A DNA stretch of 64,000 bases, from NCBI RefSeq assembly GCF_018977255.1, contig NW_024704742.1, positions 136,030,001-136,094,000 on the forward strand. The letters are read 5' to 3'. The DNA is from Callorhinchus milii (Eukaryota). Below are positions 25,439 through 37,835 of this stretch, piece after piece. The notes below the pieces were generated by a model. That model worked only from the letters and a program-made list of their open reading frames with translations. It was not told where the DNA came from and made no database searches. The number at the start of each line of letters is the position of its first letter. Position 1 is the stretch's first letter. A program made the position numbers and the translations under genes.

Positions 25439-27078
25439 ACAATTGGGTGCAGACTCAGACAAGGGAGTGAACACAGTTCAGATTGAACGACTTTATATAG
25501 AGAGCGTCAAGTGTGTGGCGCAGACAACCCAAGGAACCAATGGGAACCAGCAAAGCACAAGAGGGAATTGGGCAGATATCTGGCGTAGAAATAGAAATAG
25601 ATCAAGGACAGACGAGACAAGGGTAGGATTAACTCTGTGATCATCCAGATGAATAGCAATGGATTGCTGCCTTGTACAAACAATCATAAAAACATTTAGA
25701 TTGGGGTAGAGAATGGAATGAGACCAGACTTGTTGGACCGATTGAGTTTTATGTGTTCCTAAGTGTTTGCGCGTTAGCTGCACATGAGGCAGATGGAAGG
25801 ATAACTTATTAAGGATCGCTTTAAACCCTCAACAAGCAAAAGGAGCAGCTGTTGTTAACAGGCTGAGGCGTGCCATCCTCTTCCACGTCCAATGTTCCTC
25901 CGTAGAGTCTGGGATCACATCCAAAATACCATCAATAATAATCTGCTTCCACCCAGGGCAAACATGGGATTTCACACATCTGAAGTTGAGCAAATTAACT
26001 CCCGCAGCTTCGCCCTACTCTGCAGTCATCAATCTGGTCAGGTGAATCTCAAAACCAAGGTCTGGTCTATCTGTTCAGACGGACATTAAAGATCCAATCA
26101 ACGGGAGTCCCCACTCCCTGCTTGGAGGGAGTTATATAAGTGCAAGTTATTGTGCTGTTATTCCAGTGTCCTGGCCAATAATCTTCCATCTTATATTGGT
26201 ATCTACAGTTAAGTATAGTGACTGTGTATTTTGTAGGCAACCAGCCATTTTTGCACACAACAATGCCCCACAAACAGACATAAAATGAATGATCAATAGT
26301 ATCTGGGGGATTGTCGGGCAGGACACCAGGAAAGAAACTCCCTTCTCTTTTCCAATTGTGTCGAGGGATCTTTACCATCCACCTGAACAGGCACAGACGG
26401 GACCTCGGTTTAACATTTCATCCAAAGCACTCATCTTCCTAGACAATGCCTCACCTTTTTTTGAGAGAACCCCCTCATTGACTCATTCCAATTAATGTAT
26501 TTCCATCCCTCCATTCGCCCCACACGTACAGTGCCAACATAACTCCTCCATTTCTTGGACAGACAGACAAATCAATTATGATCAGCTATTATTTCAAGAT
26601 GTCTTCATCTGATAAAATAAAATTGCCTTCAACTCTGATGTCCCACGTTGGCATTCAATAATAATTTGTTCTTGTAAAGCATCTCTCAGGTGGGCTGAAA
26701 GACTTGAAGTGATTAATGCAAAGATAATAGGCACCCACTCAAAAAGTGAAGGGAGTTTCTGTGGATGTCCTGACTCATGATTCCCCTCAATCACTCACTT
26801 CAATGTGTCACTGTTTGTGAGGTATTGTTGTACATAAATTGGTTGCCGCATTCACCTGCAAAATGCAGTTATTACATGTTCCAGTTAAGTCTTGGGAAGC
26901 TCTTTGACAAGTCCTCCCACCTGAACAGGAGTAGACAAGGCTTTGGTTTATCTGCCAATGACATTTCTGCACTCCCCTCAGCATCGCATTGGAGCATCAG
27001 CCTAGTACAATGTCAGTTCAAAGTCCTAACATGGGGCTTGAACCCACAACCGTCTGAGTCAGGCTGTCACATAGAACC

Positions 27079-27392
27079 ATAATAATAATAATCCTTGCAT
27101 TTGATATAGCTCTTTTCACGTCTTCTCGACATCTCAAAGCACTTCATAGAATAGACTGTAAAGTGAATTGACTGTATATTTTGTGGTCGAAACGCGGCAG
27201 CCAACTGCGCACAGCAGTGTCCCACAAGCAGTCGTCATTGAAAATGACCAATTTATTATCTTGTTTTTGGAGGGATTATTATCAGGTGTGTGGAGTAAGG
27301 AAACTTGCCCAAGGTTTCGCCCTCTGCCTGAAATTGAACCCAGATGTCTCGCTTGCAAGCCGAGTGCTCTAACCACTGAGCTACAGGACTCC
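27079..27392 (-). mobile_element. SINE A, short subfamily, full length
   Basis: GGAGTCCTGTAGCTCAGTGGTTAGAGCACTCGG head; central deletion; (ATT)n tail. Confidence 0.9.
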
Positions 27393-27401
27393 AAATGCAA
27401 T

Positions 27402-27536
27402 TAGAATTATACAGCACAGAAGGAGGCCATTCGGCCCATCATGTCTGTGCCAGCTCTTTGAAAAGAGCTATCCAAATCAATCCCACTCCCCCACACTCTC
27501 CCCATAGCCCTACAAACTTGTCCTCCCCAATTATCT
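27402..27536 (-). mobile_element. CR1 3' tail fragment
   Basis: Reverse complement of the 24650-24783 type sequence. Confidence 0.88.
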
Positions 27537-27573
27537 GCCTACAGAGGGTGGGGCAAGAGCAGAAAAGGATTTC

Positions 27574-27895
27574 ATAATCCTTGCATTTGATATACCACCT
27601 TATCAAGTCATTGAGACGTCTCAAAGTGCTTCACGGAATATATTGTAAAATGGATTGACTGTGAATCTTGTGGGCGAAGATTCTGCGCTCAGCAGTATCC
27701 CACAAACAGTTTGGATTGAGTGAGCACATTTTATTTGGAGGGATTATTTCCACCAATCGACTAACGACCGGGTTCCAATTTACCACTAGGTAAACAGAGA
27801 TGTGTGGAGTAAGAAAACTTGCCTAAGGTTTCAGCCTGTCTGGGAATCAAACCCGGGTCCTCCCACCTGCGAGGCGAACAAGCTAACCACTACGA
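27574..27895 (-). mobile_element. SINE A (long subfamily)
   Basis: Tail, central domain and tRNA-like head all recognisable. Confidence 0.85.
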
Positions 27896-28609
27896 TAAGG
27901 GATTTGAATGAGGAGCCTGGCGAGGATGGTATGTGGAGCCCTGATCCTGGGCTGCGGAGTTCTATACCAGCTCCATTCTCGACATCGGTAACAAGATAAG
28001 TCTAACCCAAAACGGATAGACTGGAGTGCGACTTAATTGGGGGAAATTTCAGCTTTTCCGCTCACTGTAAAGCATGTCTAGCACTTTTTAATTAATGTTA
28101 CATATTGTACATCTGCTCATAATTTGATTAACACATCAATGTGGACGTGTGCCAATAAGTATGGCAATATCGGGGAAAAAAATCACGTTTTTGCCATTTC
28201 CAGACACCCTCCCCCCACTCCGCTCCACATGCAGTCTCTCACTGAGATTAGAAACTCTCTTCCATCTCGACTATGTGTTTCTCTCTATTATACTATTGTT
28301 TCTAGATTTTCTCAGACTGGAGATTTCTATGTGTGTTGGTTAGTCAGGTATATGTTTGGCTACCTCACTGGCTGGTCCTGTGAGGATGCTGACAGAATAA
28401 TAATATAATAATAATCTTTGCATTTGATACAGCACCTTATCACGTAGTCGAGACATCTCAAAGTGCTTCACAGGACATACTATAAAGTGAATAACTGTAT
28501 ATTTTGTGGGGGAAATACATATACATATCTATTACAACAACAACTTGTATTTATATAACTCACAGGGTAGCATCTCGGAGCGCTTTCACCACTGCCCGGG
28601 TTCCTACTC

Positions 28610-29803
28610 TCCTTCTGAATTTCGTCTGTGACCAGGATTCCCTCTGCCTCCTCGTCTTCCTCGACCTATCGGCTGCATTCAATACGGTCGACCACTCTAT
28701 CCTCCTCCACCGCATGTCCTCCCACCTCAACCTTCAAGGCCCTGTCCTTGAGTGGTTTAGGTCCTACCTCTCTCACCGTCTCCATTTTGTCTCTGCAAAC
28801 GGCTTTTCCTCCAGCCCCCGCACTGTCTCGTGCGGTGTCCATCGGGGCTCTGTCCCCTCCTCTTCACCCTCTATATGCTCCCTCTTCGTGACATCATCTG
28901 CAGACATGGGGTTAACTTCCACATGTATGCAGATGACACCCAACTCTACCTTCCTCCTATACCCTCAACTCCACGACCACCAATGTCCTGACAGCTGCCT
29001 GTCCGACATCGAGTCCTGGACGAGAGATAACTTTCTTCAGCTCAACGAGCGCAAAACTGAGACCCTCCTGATTGGCTCACGTCAGCGCCTCCGCACCTCA
29101 GGCGCTGACAGCATCAGCATCCAAGGCTGCACTCTCCACCTCTCAAAGCCATCAGGAACCTCGGCGTTCTGTTCGACCCTGAGCTGTCCTTTCTTCCCCA
29201 CATCTGCACCACAACTGGCACCGCCTTCCACCTCCGGAACATTGCCAGACTACGGCACTCCCTCACCCCTCACGCTGCTGAAACCCTGGTCCACGCCTTT
29301 ATCACCTCAAGGCTGGACTATGGGAACTCTCTCCTCGCCGGCCTTCCCGGCACCTCCCTCCACAAGCTGCAGGTCATTCAGAACTCTGCAGCTCATGTAC
29401 TGTCCCGCACCAGGCCTTGCTCCCTCCTACCTCTCCAACCTACTATCCCCCTACCTACCTGCCCGTACCCTCCGTTCCTCTGGCTCCGGTCTGCTCCACA
29501 TTCCCCACCCCAACTGCCCTACCATCGGTGGCCGGGTTTTCAGCCTCTCAGCCCCTAGGCTCTGGAACTCTATCCCCAGTGCCTTTGCCGCCTCCTCCCT
29601 TTTCTCCTTCAAGGCCGGTCTCAAGACCTTTCTCTTTGACCGTGCCTTCAGCTCCCCTCTCGACTCTCTACCCCCTCCTCGCTCCCTCCCTTCCCTCCCC
29701 CTGACCAGTCCCCCCCTGCTCGGGTCCCGACCCAACTGTCCAGCGCCTTCACGTCCTCCCGACGTGAAAGGCACTCTATAAATGCAATCTTATTGTTGTT
29801 GTT
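28610..29803 (+). mobile_element. L2-clade LINE, 5'-truncated ~1.2 kb, RT pseudogene
   Basis: [38 protein letters not shown] in another frame (~28917-28950); [11 protein letters not shown]; frameshifts; ~90-bp internal deletion near 29412; (GTT)n tail. Confidence 0.93.
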
Positions 29804-30044
29804 GAATACTCGCCATGCGGGTTTTCAGGCATTCATTGAAATTCCATCCAGAGTCCCTGCAACTTGGTCGCTCCCCTCGTTCAAAGTCCATCTCAAGATT
29901 TACCGATTTGACCTTACTTTCGGTCACCTTTCCCTCCCCACCTCCTTCTGCTCCTACCTCCAGCTTGTCTGCCCAGGCCACCAGTGCCAAGTGCTTTGAG
30001 GAAGTCCGCTTGATGTGAAAGGTGCTATGTAAATGCCATCACAT

Positions 30045-30389
30045 TTCTCTGTGTCTAGAATGGACTGCGCTGTGTCTCTCCGGAATAATGCGCCCTCCTT
30101 ACCTAGACCTGGAAAGCATTAGGCACAGGTTGACGAGAGCCAAGTCTTGGGAACCCCCAGAGTGTGCGTTGGAGTAACTGCTGGAGTCTAACCAGCTAAA
30201 ACCACGCAGCTTGCCATTGACAATAAATTTCTGGTGAATTGCCTGATGCTCGTCCAGGATCACGTGATCTGTTAGGGCTTTCGCTTTGCAGGGTTCGCAA
30301 CAGCAACAACTTGCATTTATATAGCCTTCACATAGAATAACACATCAGAGTGCTTCACAGTAACAGGAGCTGAGTGGGAAGAATCCTTG
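30045..30389 (-). repeat. Family C copy interrupted by an L2-b tail (~30296-30360)
   Basis: Ends gagctgagtgggaagaatccttg, the reverse complement of the family C terminus. Confidence 0.78.
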
Positions 30390-31270
30390 CCCCAAGTGAT
30401 CAGTCTTCTCCTCCAAGTCCTATTGACAAGCCAGGCAGGGGCTGTTAGCAGTGCCCTGGAGTACTGTGGATCTGCCTGATTACTGAGACCAGCATAGGCC
30501 TGACTTACTCTTCATATTCTGTTGCCAACCGCATCATTTTGGAGCCAATTTAGCTCCAACGAGATCTCACTTACCTCCCCACCCAAGGAGGATAGTCAAT
30601 CCCCTCCCGCCGGCATTATGTTTCATCCCAGAGTAAGGAAACCAGAAATGTCTCTTTCTGTGCCGGCAAAGGAGGCTGACGGCAAAGACATTCATCTCAC
30701 CCCAAGATCCTATTGTTTCAGTTGATGCATCAGTTATTGAGCTCAATAACAAGGTGCTGAATTGTACAGCAGTCCAACACTGACACATCCGTCCTCCAAT
30801 GCACTCACTGTGAGCAGAGATTCCAGCTGTCAAACTGGCTCAGGCAGTCAAGCTCTGGCTTTAGGGTCAAACGGTTGTGGGTGCAAGCCCCCACCCCTTC
30901 CCTTCCCCCACCCCCGCTCCTCCCACATCAGAGACCCTGAGCTCACAATCCAGGCTGACGTTCTGGGAGGTACCGTCCTTCTGATGAGACGTTCAACCAC
31001 ATCTCATCCTGTTCTTGCAATATTATTGGAAAAGGGAAGGGAATTTCTGATACGAGGGAACCCCACTAGCTGCTTTTTGCTTAAAAGCCTAGCGTTTGGA
31101 GGAGGAAAGGAACAGTGAAGGAGGTGAGAGAAAGGAAAGAAAAGTGATGGAATGTAAGGTAGGAAGGAAGGAAAGGAAGAGTGAAGGAGATAGGAGCGAA
31201 GAAGAAAAATTGAGGGAGATACAGTTGGCAAGAATGAGGGAGAGAAATTTTGAGTTTGAATTGAGGTAAA

Positions 31271-31558
31271 AATAATAATACTCCTTGGATTTGATATAGC
31301 ACCTTATTAAGTCGCTTCACATAATGTAACTGTAAAGTCAATTGACTGTGTACTTTGGCTGTGTCTTCACAACCAGTCTTGGATTCAGTGACTGAATTTT
31401 GGAGCAATTATTCCGCAATCGACTAGCAACCGGGTTTCTACTTACCACAGGTAAACAGAGGCGTGTGGAATAAGGAAACTTGCCCTGTCTGGGGAAAAAA
31501 AACCCAGGTCCTCTCGTTTGCGAGACAAGTGTTCCAACCACTACACTAGAGGACTCCA
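31271..31558 (-). mobile_element. SINE A, internally deleted
   Basis: Head ggactcc at ~31552-31558; central domain; tail. Confidence 0.82.
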
Positions 31559-32525
31559 CGATCTTTATTAAGGTTTAAAATTTACAAAAGCAGAGCTCGT
31601 CGCATGATTATTCCTTTGCCGTGAGTGGCAAACGATGATCTGAAGAGGTTTGTGATCTATTAGTGGAGGGGTTGGTGGGGGGGGGAGAGAAATGTGAGCG
31701 TTATCAGCGAGTAACAAGCTGACAACACTGTGAGGAGGTGATGTGTTAATTGTGACCGTTTCAATATTTATAGAGCTCCTGGGCGCTTCCAATTATTACG
31801 TTTCAATCCTTCATCGCAGAGTATGTAGGTTCAATCTGTCAGCAGCTAATATTTGGGGAAGAGCAGACAGCTATGTATGAAGCATGTAAGACTGAGAGCA
31901 GAGCTTGTGAAATAATAGGCAGCTTTTTTTTTCCCCCCTGAAACATACAATATAATGTTCCATTGAAGTTGACATTTCACAGATATACCTATCAGCGGAA
32001 ATAGTCTCAGGAAAGAGCAGGGAAATTGGATTTGTGCGGAGAGCTCCAGAGGGGGAGAGAGAGAGCACGGGGATGGGCTTAGAGTAGAGAGCTCCAGTGG
32101 GGCAGCGAGAACCAGTGCAGACACGATGAGGAGTGAGCAGGGGTATGGGATTAGAGAGCTCAGACAGGGGGATATGAAATAGGAGGTCATTTAGCCTGTC
32201 GAGCCCATCACCCCAGTTTATTAGACCACAACAGAAATTTCTAAATCCTATTTCTCTGCCTTTCCCCCCCGCCCCCCACTCCCAAAATGTAATCTATTGT
32301 TGTTTTCTCTATACGCTATTTTTCACAGGAGACATTCGGACGAAGAAAGCCCTTTAGCCCATCTGATATCATCCATTCAGAGATGCCCACCCGACCATCT
32401 GCCCATCCCAGCTGTTTTTAAATGAGTCCAGTCCAGCTGGGCTGTGAACTGGGGGATTGAACCCACCACCCAGATGTCAGAGTGTGAGCTTGTGAGCCAG
32501 GATGGAGGTTCTGGCTGTGACTCAC

Positions 32526-32849
32526 CCGCCACGGTGATCCGGGCTGTCCTGCTGACGATGGCCCCGGTCCCCTCCACCGAGGCCTGGCATTGGTACAGTC
32601 CCTCGTCGGGCCGGTGGTGCCGGGAATGTACCACGTTCTGGATGAGGAGGGATCCGTCAGGCAGCTGCTGCCTCCTCTCGTCCAGGGCCAGGTTGAGGAA
32701 GACGCCATCTTTCCGCCAGCTGACAGTCACCGCAGGGCCCTGGTCTGCCACCCCCGAGCAGTTCAGGAGGACAGAGCCACCTCGAACCGTCACCGTGTCC
32801 GAAGGCTCGGATACAAAGCGCAGAGAGATGAACCTTTTAATCTGAGACC
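32526..32849 (-). CDS. DCC: Internal coding exon (equivalent to human exon 2) of the netrin-1 receptor DCC; Ig-like domain 1
   Basis: Translates (G)[30 protein letters not shown]...VSWRKDG...[35 protein letters not shown]...SRTARITVA(G), with the Ig C/W/YxC pattern. It matches the remembered human DCC segment [25 protein letters not shown]...[17 protein letters not shown] better than NEO1. Acceptor tctcttgtcgtttcAG at 32851-32850; donor GTgagt at 32525-32520; 324 nt, phase 1-1. Confidence 0.95.
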
Positions 32850-33042
32850 CTGAAACGACAAGAGACGAGAGCCATGGGTTAAAGGTCACATCCAGTGTGG
32901 GAGGGGGTGTGTGGGTGGGGGGAGGTTAGAAGATTTTATTTCAATAAGACGTGGATTTAGTGATTGGGATCCTAAGAACAAGCCAACTGTAAGGCACTAT
33001 ATAAGGGAATTAAGAACAGGAACTACTCCATGAATGGGATAC

Positions 33043-33610
33043 AAATTGGTCACTCAATCCACGACTGTTTGTGGGACGCTTCTGTGCGCAATTGGTTGCC
33101 GCGTTTCGCCCACAAAATACGCAGTCAATTCACTTTATAATATATTTTGTGAAGTGCCTTGAGACCTCGCGAAGACATGATAAGGCGCTGTATCAAATGC
33201 AAGGAAAATTAGACAATTATATCATCATAATTATGGGATAGAACTTGTCAAGCGGGAAGCTGAAAGAGATGTAGAGATATTATTAATAATAATTAATTAT
33301 TACTAGAAGATATTATTGATAATAATGAATAATAATCCTTTGCATTCGATACAGCGCTTCATCACGTCGTTGAGACATCTCAAATTGAATCGCAGAATGT
33401 ATTGTAAAGTGTAGTTACCGCATATTTTGTGGGCAAAACGTGGCAGCCAATTGCGCTCAGAAGTGTCCCACAAACAGTTGTGGATTGAGGAACCATTCTT
33501 TTTTTGGAGGGATTGTTACCCCCGGAAAGCAATCCGCCATTCAACTAACAACCGCGTTCCTACTGACTAGTTAAACAGAGGCGTCTGGAGTAAGTAAACT
33601 TTCCCAACGA
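33043..33610. mobile_element. Tail-to-tail pair of SINE A fragments (33043-33207 plus; 33330-33610 minus)
   Basis: Both carry the Deu-like 3' segment and the tail, in opposite orientation. Confidence 0.85.
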
Positions 33611-33849
33611 ATCAGGTATATAGTGAGATGCAGTGAGTTGACTATTTGCTCACTATGTCAATACAAGGTGAGCAGCAGATAAATAAGACAGGCAGGATAC
33701 CAGGATTGCTAAATCATTAAATTCACATTCCCAGAAGCCATCTCAAATCATACTCAAGTTGATCAGTTCTCTGTTCAGTCCACACCTTGAGCAATGCACA
33801 TAGTTCTGGCAACAAGTGGCCCTTGAGTCAATGCAGAGGAGAGGAGAGC

Positions 33850-34195
33850 ATAGGAACATATATGTAGGCCATTCAGTCCCTCAAGCCTGTTCCACCATTC
33901 TATAAAACCATGGCTGATCTGTACCACAATGCCAATTACCCATCTTTGCTCCATATCCTTTGATCCAATCACAACTTTCAATAAAGGAATTAGATAGGTA
34001 CCTGAAAAGGAAAATGGGGAATGGGGAAAGAGTTGGGGAGTGGGATTAATTGGTTAGCTCTTCTAAAGAGCCCAACAGATATGATGGGCCAAATGGCCTC
34101 CTTCTGTGCTGTAATATTCTATGATAATCTTACCTAACAAACACAAACTGCCTCAGTCTTGAAAATTTGAATGGATCCAACACCCACAGCCTTTT
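33850..34195. mobile_element. CR1 tail (second family, minus) containing a nested CR1 tail (plus, ~33971-34125)
   Basis: Host ccatatcctttgatccAATC...AATCttacctaac flanks the insert, which ends cttctgtgctgtaatattctatgat. Confidence 0.75.
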
Positions 34196-34489
34196 GGATT
34201 ATTTTTTAGAGCAACGAGGATGTTGCAGGAATGAGCTATGAGCAGCAACGACTAGACAAGCTACCAATCTTCAGTCTTGAAAAGAGACATCTCAGTGGGG
34301 ACTTTATAGAAGTGTAAAATATTTTGAATAGCACTGGAAGGTAAACCCATTTCAGGTGTACCAAAACAGGAGTCCCAAGGCACTGGAAGAGTGCACGGTC
34401 AGGGCACAGGTGGATGGATACTTGGGGAGTATGGGTGGAAGAAAGGCAGAGAAATCAGTTTAGATGATCTGCGGGTTCCAACCTGCTTC

Positions 34490-34760
34490 ACGTCCTCCAC
34501 CTCGCTCGCCCCGCTATTGGCAAGCGAGCCTTCCACCACTATGCCCCACCCTCTGGAACTCCATCCTGCAGTCCCTCCACCTCGCCCCCTCTCTTGCCAA
34601 CTTCAAGACTCATCTCAAGACCCTCCTCTTCGCCCGTGCTTTCGATCACCCTTCTTCCCCCACCCTGCCCTCCATCCTCTCCGACCCCAATCCCCAGCTC
34701 AGGTCCGAAACACTGACTGGCCAGTGCCTTGGGACGTGAAAGGTGCTTTACAAATGATGC
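34490..34760 (+). mobile_element. L2 3' fragment, followed by a 21-bp CACACTGACTAC minisatellite (34766-34915)
   Basis: PTLWNSILQSLHLAPSLANFKTHLKTLLF remnant. Confidence 0.82.
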
Positions 34761-35631
34761 CCTTCCACACTGACTACAACACACACACACTGACTACCAA
34801 CACACACACACTGACTACCAACACACACACACTGACTACAAACAGCACACACATACTAACTGTTAGCACATACATACACACACGCAGACTGACTACCAGC
34901 ACATACGTACACACGCACAGAGTCTCTACACTTCACAAAAAGAAGGGATGTTCTTATTGGTCAAAATAGTAAAACAAGCTTAACAGCAAACAGAGCAAAA
35001 CACTTCTAAAGAGTATGAGAGTAGGATTAGTCTCACAGCACTGAATCGTAGGATGGCATTATTGCTCTGGGGGGGAATGGGGACAGAGTGGGGAGGGCCT
35101 GTGTTGATTGACGGAGGACAGAAGCCCAGCCGGACTTATCGATCTTGACTGTCTGACCCAGTTAATGGGGGAGCAGTAGTTCATGGGGTGGGTTGGGGTT
35201 GGCTGGGCTTGGCTTGGCTTGACTGGGGTAACGAGGCTAATTGTCTCACTCTAACCCCACCGTGCTGAGCCTCAGTACTAAATGAGCTGTGGCCCTGAGG
35301 GCCTGTTGGTAGACCTGTTAGCGAGGCCTGGTGTGCTCTCTGATGCTGCTGTTTATCGATCAAATTAAAGACCATTAAATATGTCAAAGAACAAAGCCTC
35401 TCTGCGCTGAACACACTCAAACGCCTCCCCTGCTCTGCTGCAGTCGTTAACTCTTAAAGTGTCAGCCTGAGCCAGTCAGCAGCGCTCTCTCCTCTGGGGT
35501 CAGAGGGGTGGGAGTTCAAACCCCTCTCGTCTGGGAATTTGAGTCACGGTCCAGGCTGGGGAGGCACTGCCCTGGCATTCACATCCTGGCTGTTTACGGG
35601 ACATTGCTGTGCGCAAATCGCATCACTTTCC

Positions 35632-35926
35632 TAGAATTATATAGCGCAGAAGGAGGCCATTCGGCCCATCGTGTCTGTGTTGGCTCTTTGAAAAGAGCCA
35701 TCCAAATCGATCCCACTCTCTCCCCATAGCCCTGCAAATTTGTCCTCCCCAAATAATCATCTAGATTAGATAATACTTTCATTAGATAATTATCTGGGGA
35801 GGACAAGTTTGCAGGCCTATGGGGAGAGAAGTGGGGAGTGAGATTGATTTAGATAGTTCTTTTCAAAGAGTCTGCACAGACACGATGGGCCGAATGGCCT
35901 CCTTCTGCGCTATAATTCTATGATTC
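35632..35926. repeat. Foldback of two head-to-head CR1 3' tails
   Basis: 35632-35763 is the approximate reverse complement of 35783-35920. Confidence 0.9.
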
Positions 35927-36279
35927 TGATACAGTAAATCATGTGCTTTTTTTCTCTCTATATCTCTCTGACACACACTCTCACTATCTTTCCCACCCTC
36001 TCTTTTTCACACTCTTTCTCTCCTTCACTCAATCTGACTCACACCCTCTCACTCTCTACCCTTCTTTCTCACACTTTCTCTTACTCACTTTCCATCTCTC
36101 TCGCTCTGTCCCACACCTTCTCTTTCTGCGTGTTTCGCTCTATCTCTCTCTCACTATCTTTTTCACCCTCATCGCTCTCTCTGCGTCTCGTACTTTGCTG
36201 CTGGAGTCCGTCGGGCCCTGTGATAAGCAACCTACCCTGAGGGTGAAGAAAGGAAAGCTCAGAGAGAGAACGAGCGAGT

Positions 36280-36311
<32 letters not shown>

Positions 36312-37514
36312 AAGAGAGAGAGCGGTGAGGGTGGTTGAGGAGAGCCCGAGTCCGGTGGGAAATCTAAAATGGAAAGTCACAGGTGTGTGAGTTCCTTGCA
36401 GCCCCAAAAAATAGCTCAGTCAGAACCGGGGACCTGGTTCATTAACAGTGAACTGATGATAGCAATGCCTCGGGGAACGGCAACCAATCCACTGTGAAAA
36501 TGGGGACCGCAAGATTCCTGGTCACCCTCTCGGGGACAATGAAATTACTGTTGGGTCTAAAAATACCCCACCTATGAGAGGGGTGATCAGTGTTGAGCTC
36601 TCCCCGTGGAGACCCACTCGGCAAAGCCAAACCGGTCTCTCTCTCTCTCTTTCTTATATTTCGACAAGAAAAAGGCACTGTATCAAATGCAAGGAATATC
36701 ATTCCAACTGCTGCATAGTCAGTGGTTTGGGGAAGAGGAACATGGCAGCCATTTTGCTCACAGCAAGTTCCCGCAAACAGCTGTGAGGCGAGTGAATGAT
36801 TTATGGGAGAAACTCTTCTCTTTTCTAATAATCCCATGAATCTTCATCGGAGATCTAAAATCCAATAGACAGGATATCGGTTTTAATATCTTATTCAAAG
36901 AACGGCAGCTGCCATAATATAACAACAACAACAAATTACATTTACACAGGGCCTTTCACGTCGGGAGGACGTCGCAACGCGCTGGACGGTCAGGGAATTT
37001 GGACGCGAGCTGGGGGTTGGGGGTCAGGACCCTGTCGAAGAGGAGGGTCTTGAGACATGCCTTGAAGGAGGCAGGGTAGGGAGCGAGGCAAAGGGACTCT
37101 GGAATGGAGTTCTAACAGTGCGGGCAGAGAGCCGATGGTGCCGACAGCCGATGGTGGGGGGGTGCGGAATCTCCCCCATTCCCCTCCCATCATCCTTCAG
37201 CCCAGTACTGGGGGGAGTGCCACGTTGCTAGAGGTGCAGTCCTCAGACTGTTAATATTAAACCATGTTCAGAATCCGTTCGGTTCTGGTATAAAGACTGA
37301 TTAAACAGCGAGGATAACTGACTAGTCACTGCACCGACTCCAGTACCAGATGGGCCATTGGGCCAGGCCATGTCCCTGGAACACCCGACACTAACATCCA
37401 TCTGTCTACATTGGCAGCATTTTGTCACTTCTCCACCTGGCTCCATCAGGTGGGAGCATGTGGTGATAGTTGAGCCTTCCAACTGAGGTGAGAGCCAAGA
37501 AGAGCCGATCCAGC

Positions 37515-37835
37515 TCAGAGAGAGAGAGAAAGAGACAGAGAGAGCAACAGAGAGAGAGGGAGACACACAGAGAGAAAGAGAGAAATAGAGGCATGGACAG
37601 AGACAGGGAGAGAGGGTGAGAGAGACAGAGAGAAAGAAAAAGGTAAAGAAAAAAAGCCAAAGGAAGGAAAGAAGGAAAGCGAAAGAGAGAGACAGAGAGA
37701 AAGAGAGAGATGGAGAGAAAGAGAGAGACAGAGACAAAGAGAGATAGAGAGAAAGAGAGGGATAGAGAGAAAGGTAGAAAGAAAAAGGAAAAAGGAAAAA
37801 GAGGGGAAACGATGAAAGAAGGAAGAAAGGAAGGA
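37515..37835. repeat. GA-rich low-complexity tract
   Basis: Seen directly. Confidence 0.9.

Larger units (their letters stand above)
1..32525 (-). other. DCC: 5' part of the DCC intron downstream of the Ig1 exon (intron 2), >32 kb
   Basis: No Ig2-encoding exon (GPLRF...C...W...YRC type) appears in the ORF track or by eye. Confidence 0.75.

Noticed and set aside
28504..29781. 425-aa ORF as a functional reverse transcriptase or domesticated gene
   Set aside because: It drifts in and out of the L2 frame. The YADD motif lies in another frame, the N-terminus comes from SINE sequence, and there is an internal deletion.
32377..32889. 170-aa ORF as a complete gene
   Set aside because: Only 32526-32849 is DCC-like and bounded by splice sites; the rest is intron read-through.
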